Shown here in pieces: positions 62,601 through 64,000 of a stretch of 64,000 bases of DNA. The translations under genes were made by a program, and so were the position numbers. Source of the DNA: Okamejei kenojei (lineage: Eukaryota); assembly GCA_035221665.1 (NCBI GenBank), contig CM069137.1, forward strand, positions 75,082,001 to 75,146,000, in the 5' to 3' direction. The notes beneath the pieces were generated by a model, which was given only the letters and a program-made list of their open reading frames with translations, was not told the origin of the DNA and searched no databases. Every line of letters starts with the position of its first letter. The first letter of the stretch is position 1.

Positions 62601-63233
62601 ACTAAGATAATCAGAACCTCTGCCAGGATATCGTCCAACTTCTACAGAAGGCAACATCTCTCCACGCGATATTCGCCACAAACACTCTTCAAGTAACAGC
62701 ATACTTTTACCGCTAGTTAAACGTTGAGCAGCAACTCACTTTAAATGGGTCCACATAATGTTTAAGCAGTATTCGCAAAGTAATGGCCCAGCGCCATGGA
62801 TCCACCGTTTCAGCACTAGTTTTACAATGTGAATCTTTAGGCGTTGATAAATAATGAAGGACAATTGCTGCTGAAAAGCAAAACAGTCTTGACATATGCT
62901 GAAGCAGCTTCTGCAAGAAAATGGCTTTCTGGGTCAGTAGAAAGCTGAACTTTTGAAAAATTCAATTTTGTTTTTAAAATCAGTGTACTTATACGTAGGA
63001 AAGCTCATGGCAGACTGTTGACAATAATAGCTTTCATTGAACCACAGAATCTATGAATAAATATAGGCCTCACTTCCCAAACACTTAGTTTGCATTGACA
63101 TTCTCTAGGTCAAAATCTGTTAGATCAAAAGTCGCAGCACTTGTGTGGGCAGTTAAAAAAAGAGGTGAATTTTAATCGGGTTTGTTCATCAATAACTCTT
63201 TGGCATTGACCTGTCTGAACGAGTCGAGCAGTA

Positions 63234-63250
63234 AGGTGAAATGCAGGTCA
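63234..63250 (+). promoter_or_regulatory. DR5 retinoic acid response element (Hoxd4 5' RARE)
   Basis: AGGTGA-aatgc-AGGTCA, identical to the recalled mammalian Hoxd4 upstream RARE and in the expected position. Confidence 0.9.
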
Positions 63251-64000
63251 CAGCGTCTAACAAATATTAAAATGTGTAGCACCAATCAGCTTCACAATGT
63301 GCGTTAATTTGATCATTAAAGAGATTTGGCTTTCGGATTATCGGATGATGTAATGATATCTGGTATTTTCTGTGCAAAAAGCCTTTTAAAAGCAGAATTC
63401 ACTGTTGGTGCTTTCGTTGGCGCCATTGGTTGTCGGAAACTGTTTAGCTGTTTTCTTTCCTAAATCACTGGGCTAAATGGAAAAAAAATCGCAGGTAAAT
63501 AAATCAGCGACGTGCTTGGGATTTTTGTTACAAAAGGTAAAATAATTACAGTAACATATTAGTTATTAAACAAAAACTGGATCGTTGATGAAAGAGTAGT
63601 TTAGATTGTTCTGCCATAGATCGCAGCTGAACCGAAACCTTTGTTGTGGGCAGAAAGAACGAAGGATTAAACACGTGAAGGTACAGTTCACAGTTAAAAA
63701 GTTCAGCTTCAGTGCTACATTGAACCAATGCATCTCGGAACATTTAAACACAGTGTTTGTACTGATGAACGCACTTATCCTTTTTCGTTAGCGTGGTTTG
63801 TACAATTGTTCTCAGTCTGTCTCTCGCGTGTGGAGCCTTTTAACTAGAAATGCAAGGACAGGATTGCCCTCAGCTTAGCTGAACAGTTAATTCGAAAAGA
63901 CTCGCGCACTTTGAAAAGGTCATGCATTAGGCTGTGGCTAAAGCGAAAATAATAATGCAACTTTACGATGTGTTTGCAAATGATTTCAGTCTGACCTCAT

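Noticed and set aside
58000-64000. miR-10 hairpin
   Set aside because: TACCCTGTAGA was not seen. It is expected just beyond the window, between the RARE and HoxD4.

Overview
This window holds the posterior and central part of a vertebrate HoxD cluster, with all genes on the + strand in the order HoxD13, D12, D11, D10, D9, D8, D5. All seven genes have two exons, a phase-1 GT-AG intron and an intact homeobox. An intact HoxD5 and the repeat families present point to a cartilaginous fish, probably a skate or ray (inference). The window ends just after the classic Hoxd4 5' DR5 RARE, so HoxD4 and miR-10 should lie just downstream. Notable non-coding signals are: a 'ghost' Hox7 promoter/5'UTR where HoxD7 was lost; a near-perfect miR-196 site in the HoxD8 3'UTR; a series of TCAAGGTCA/DR0 (NR6A1/GCNF-type) sites concentrated among the posterior genes; a paralogue of the Hoxc8 early enhancer upstream of HoxD8; divergently oriented CTCF-like motifs; and short inverted repeats carrying minimal hammerhead-ribozyme cores (Penelope-like). 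Comparisons with mammalian sequences are from memory and need alignment to confirm.
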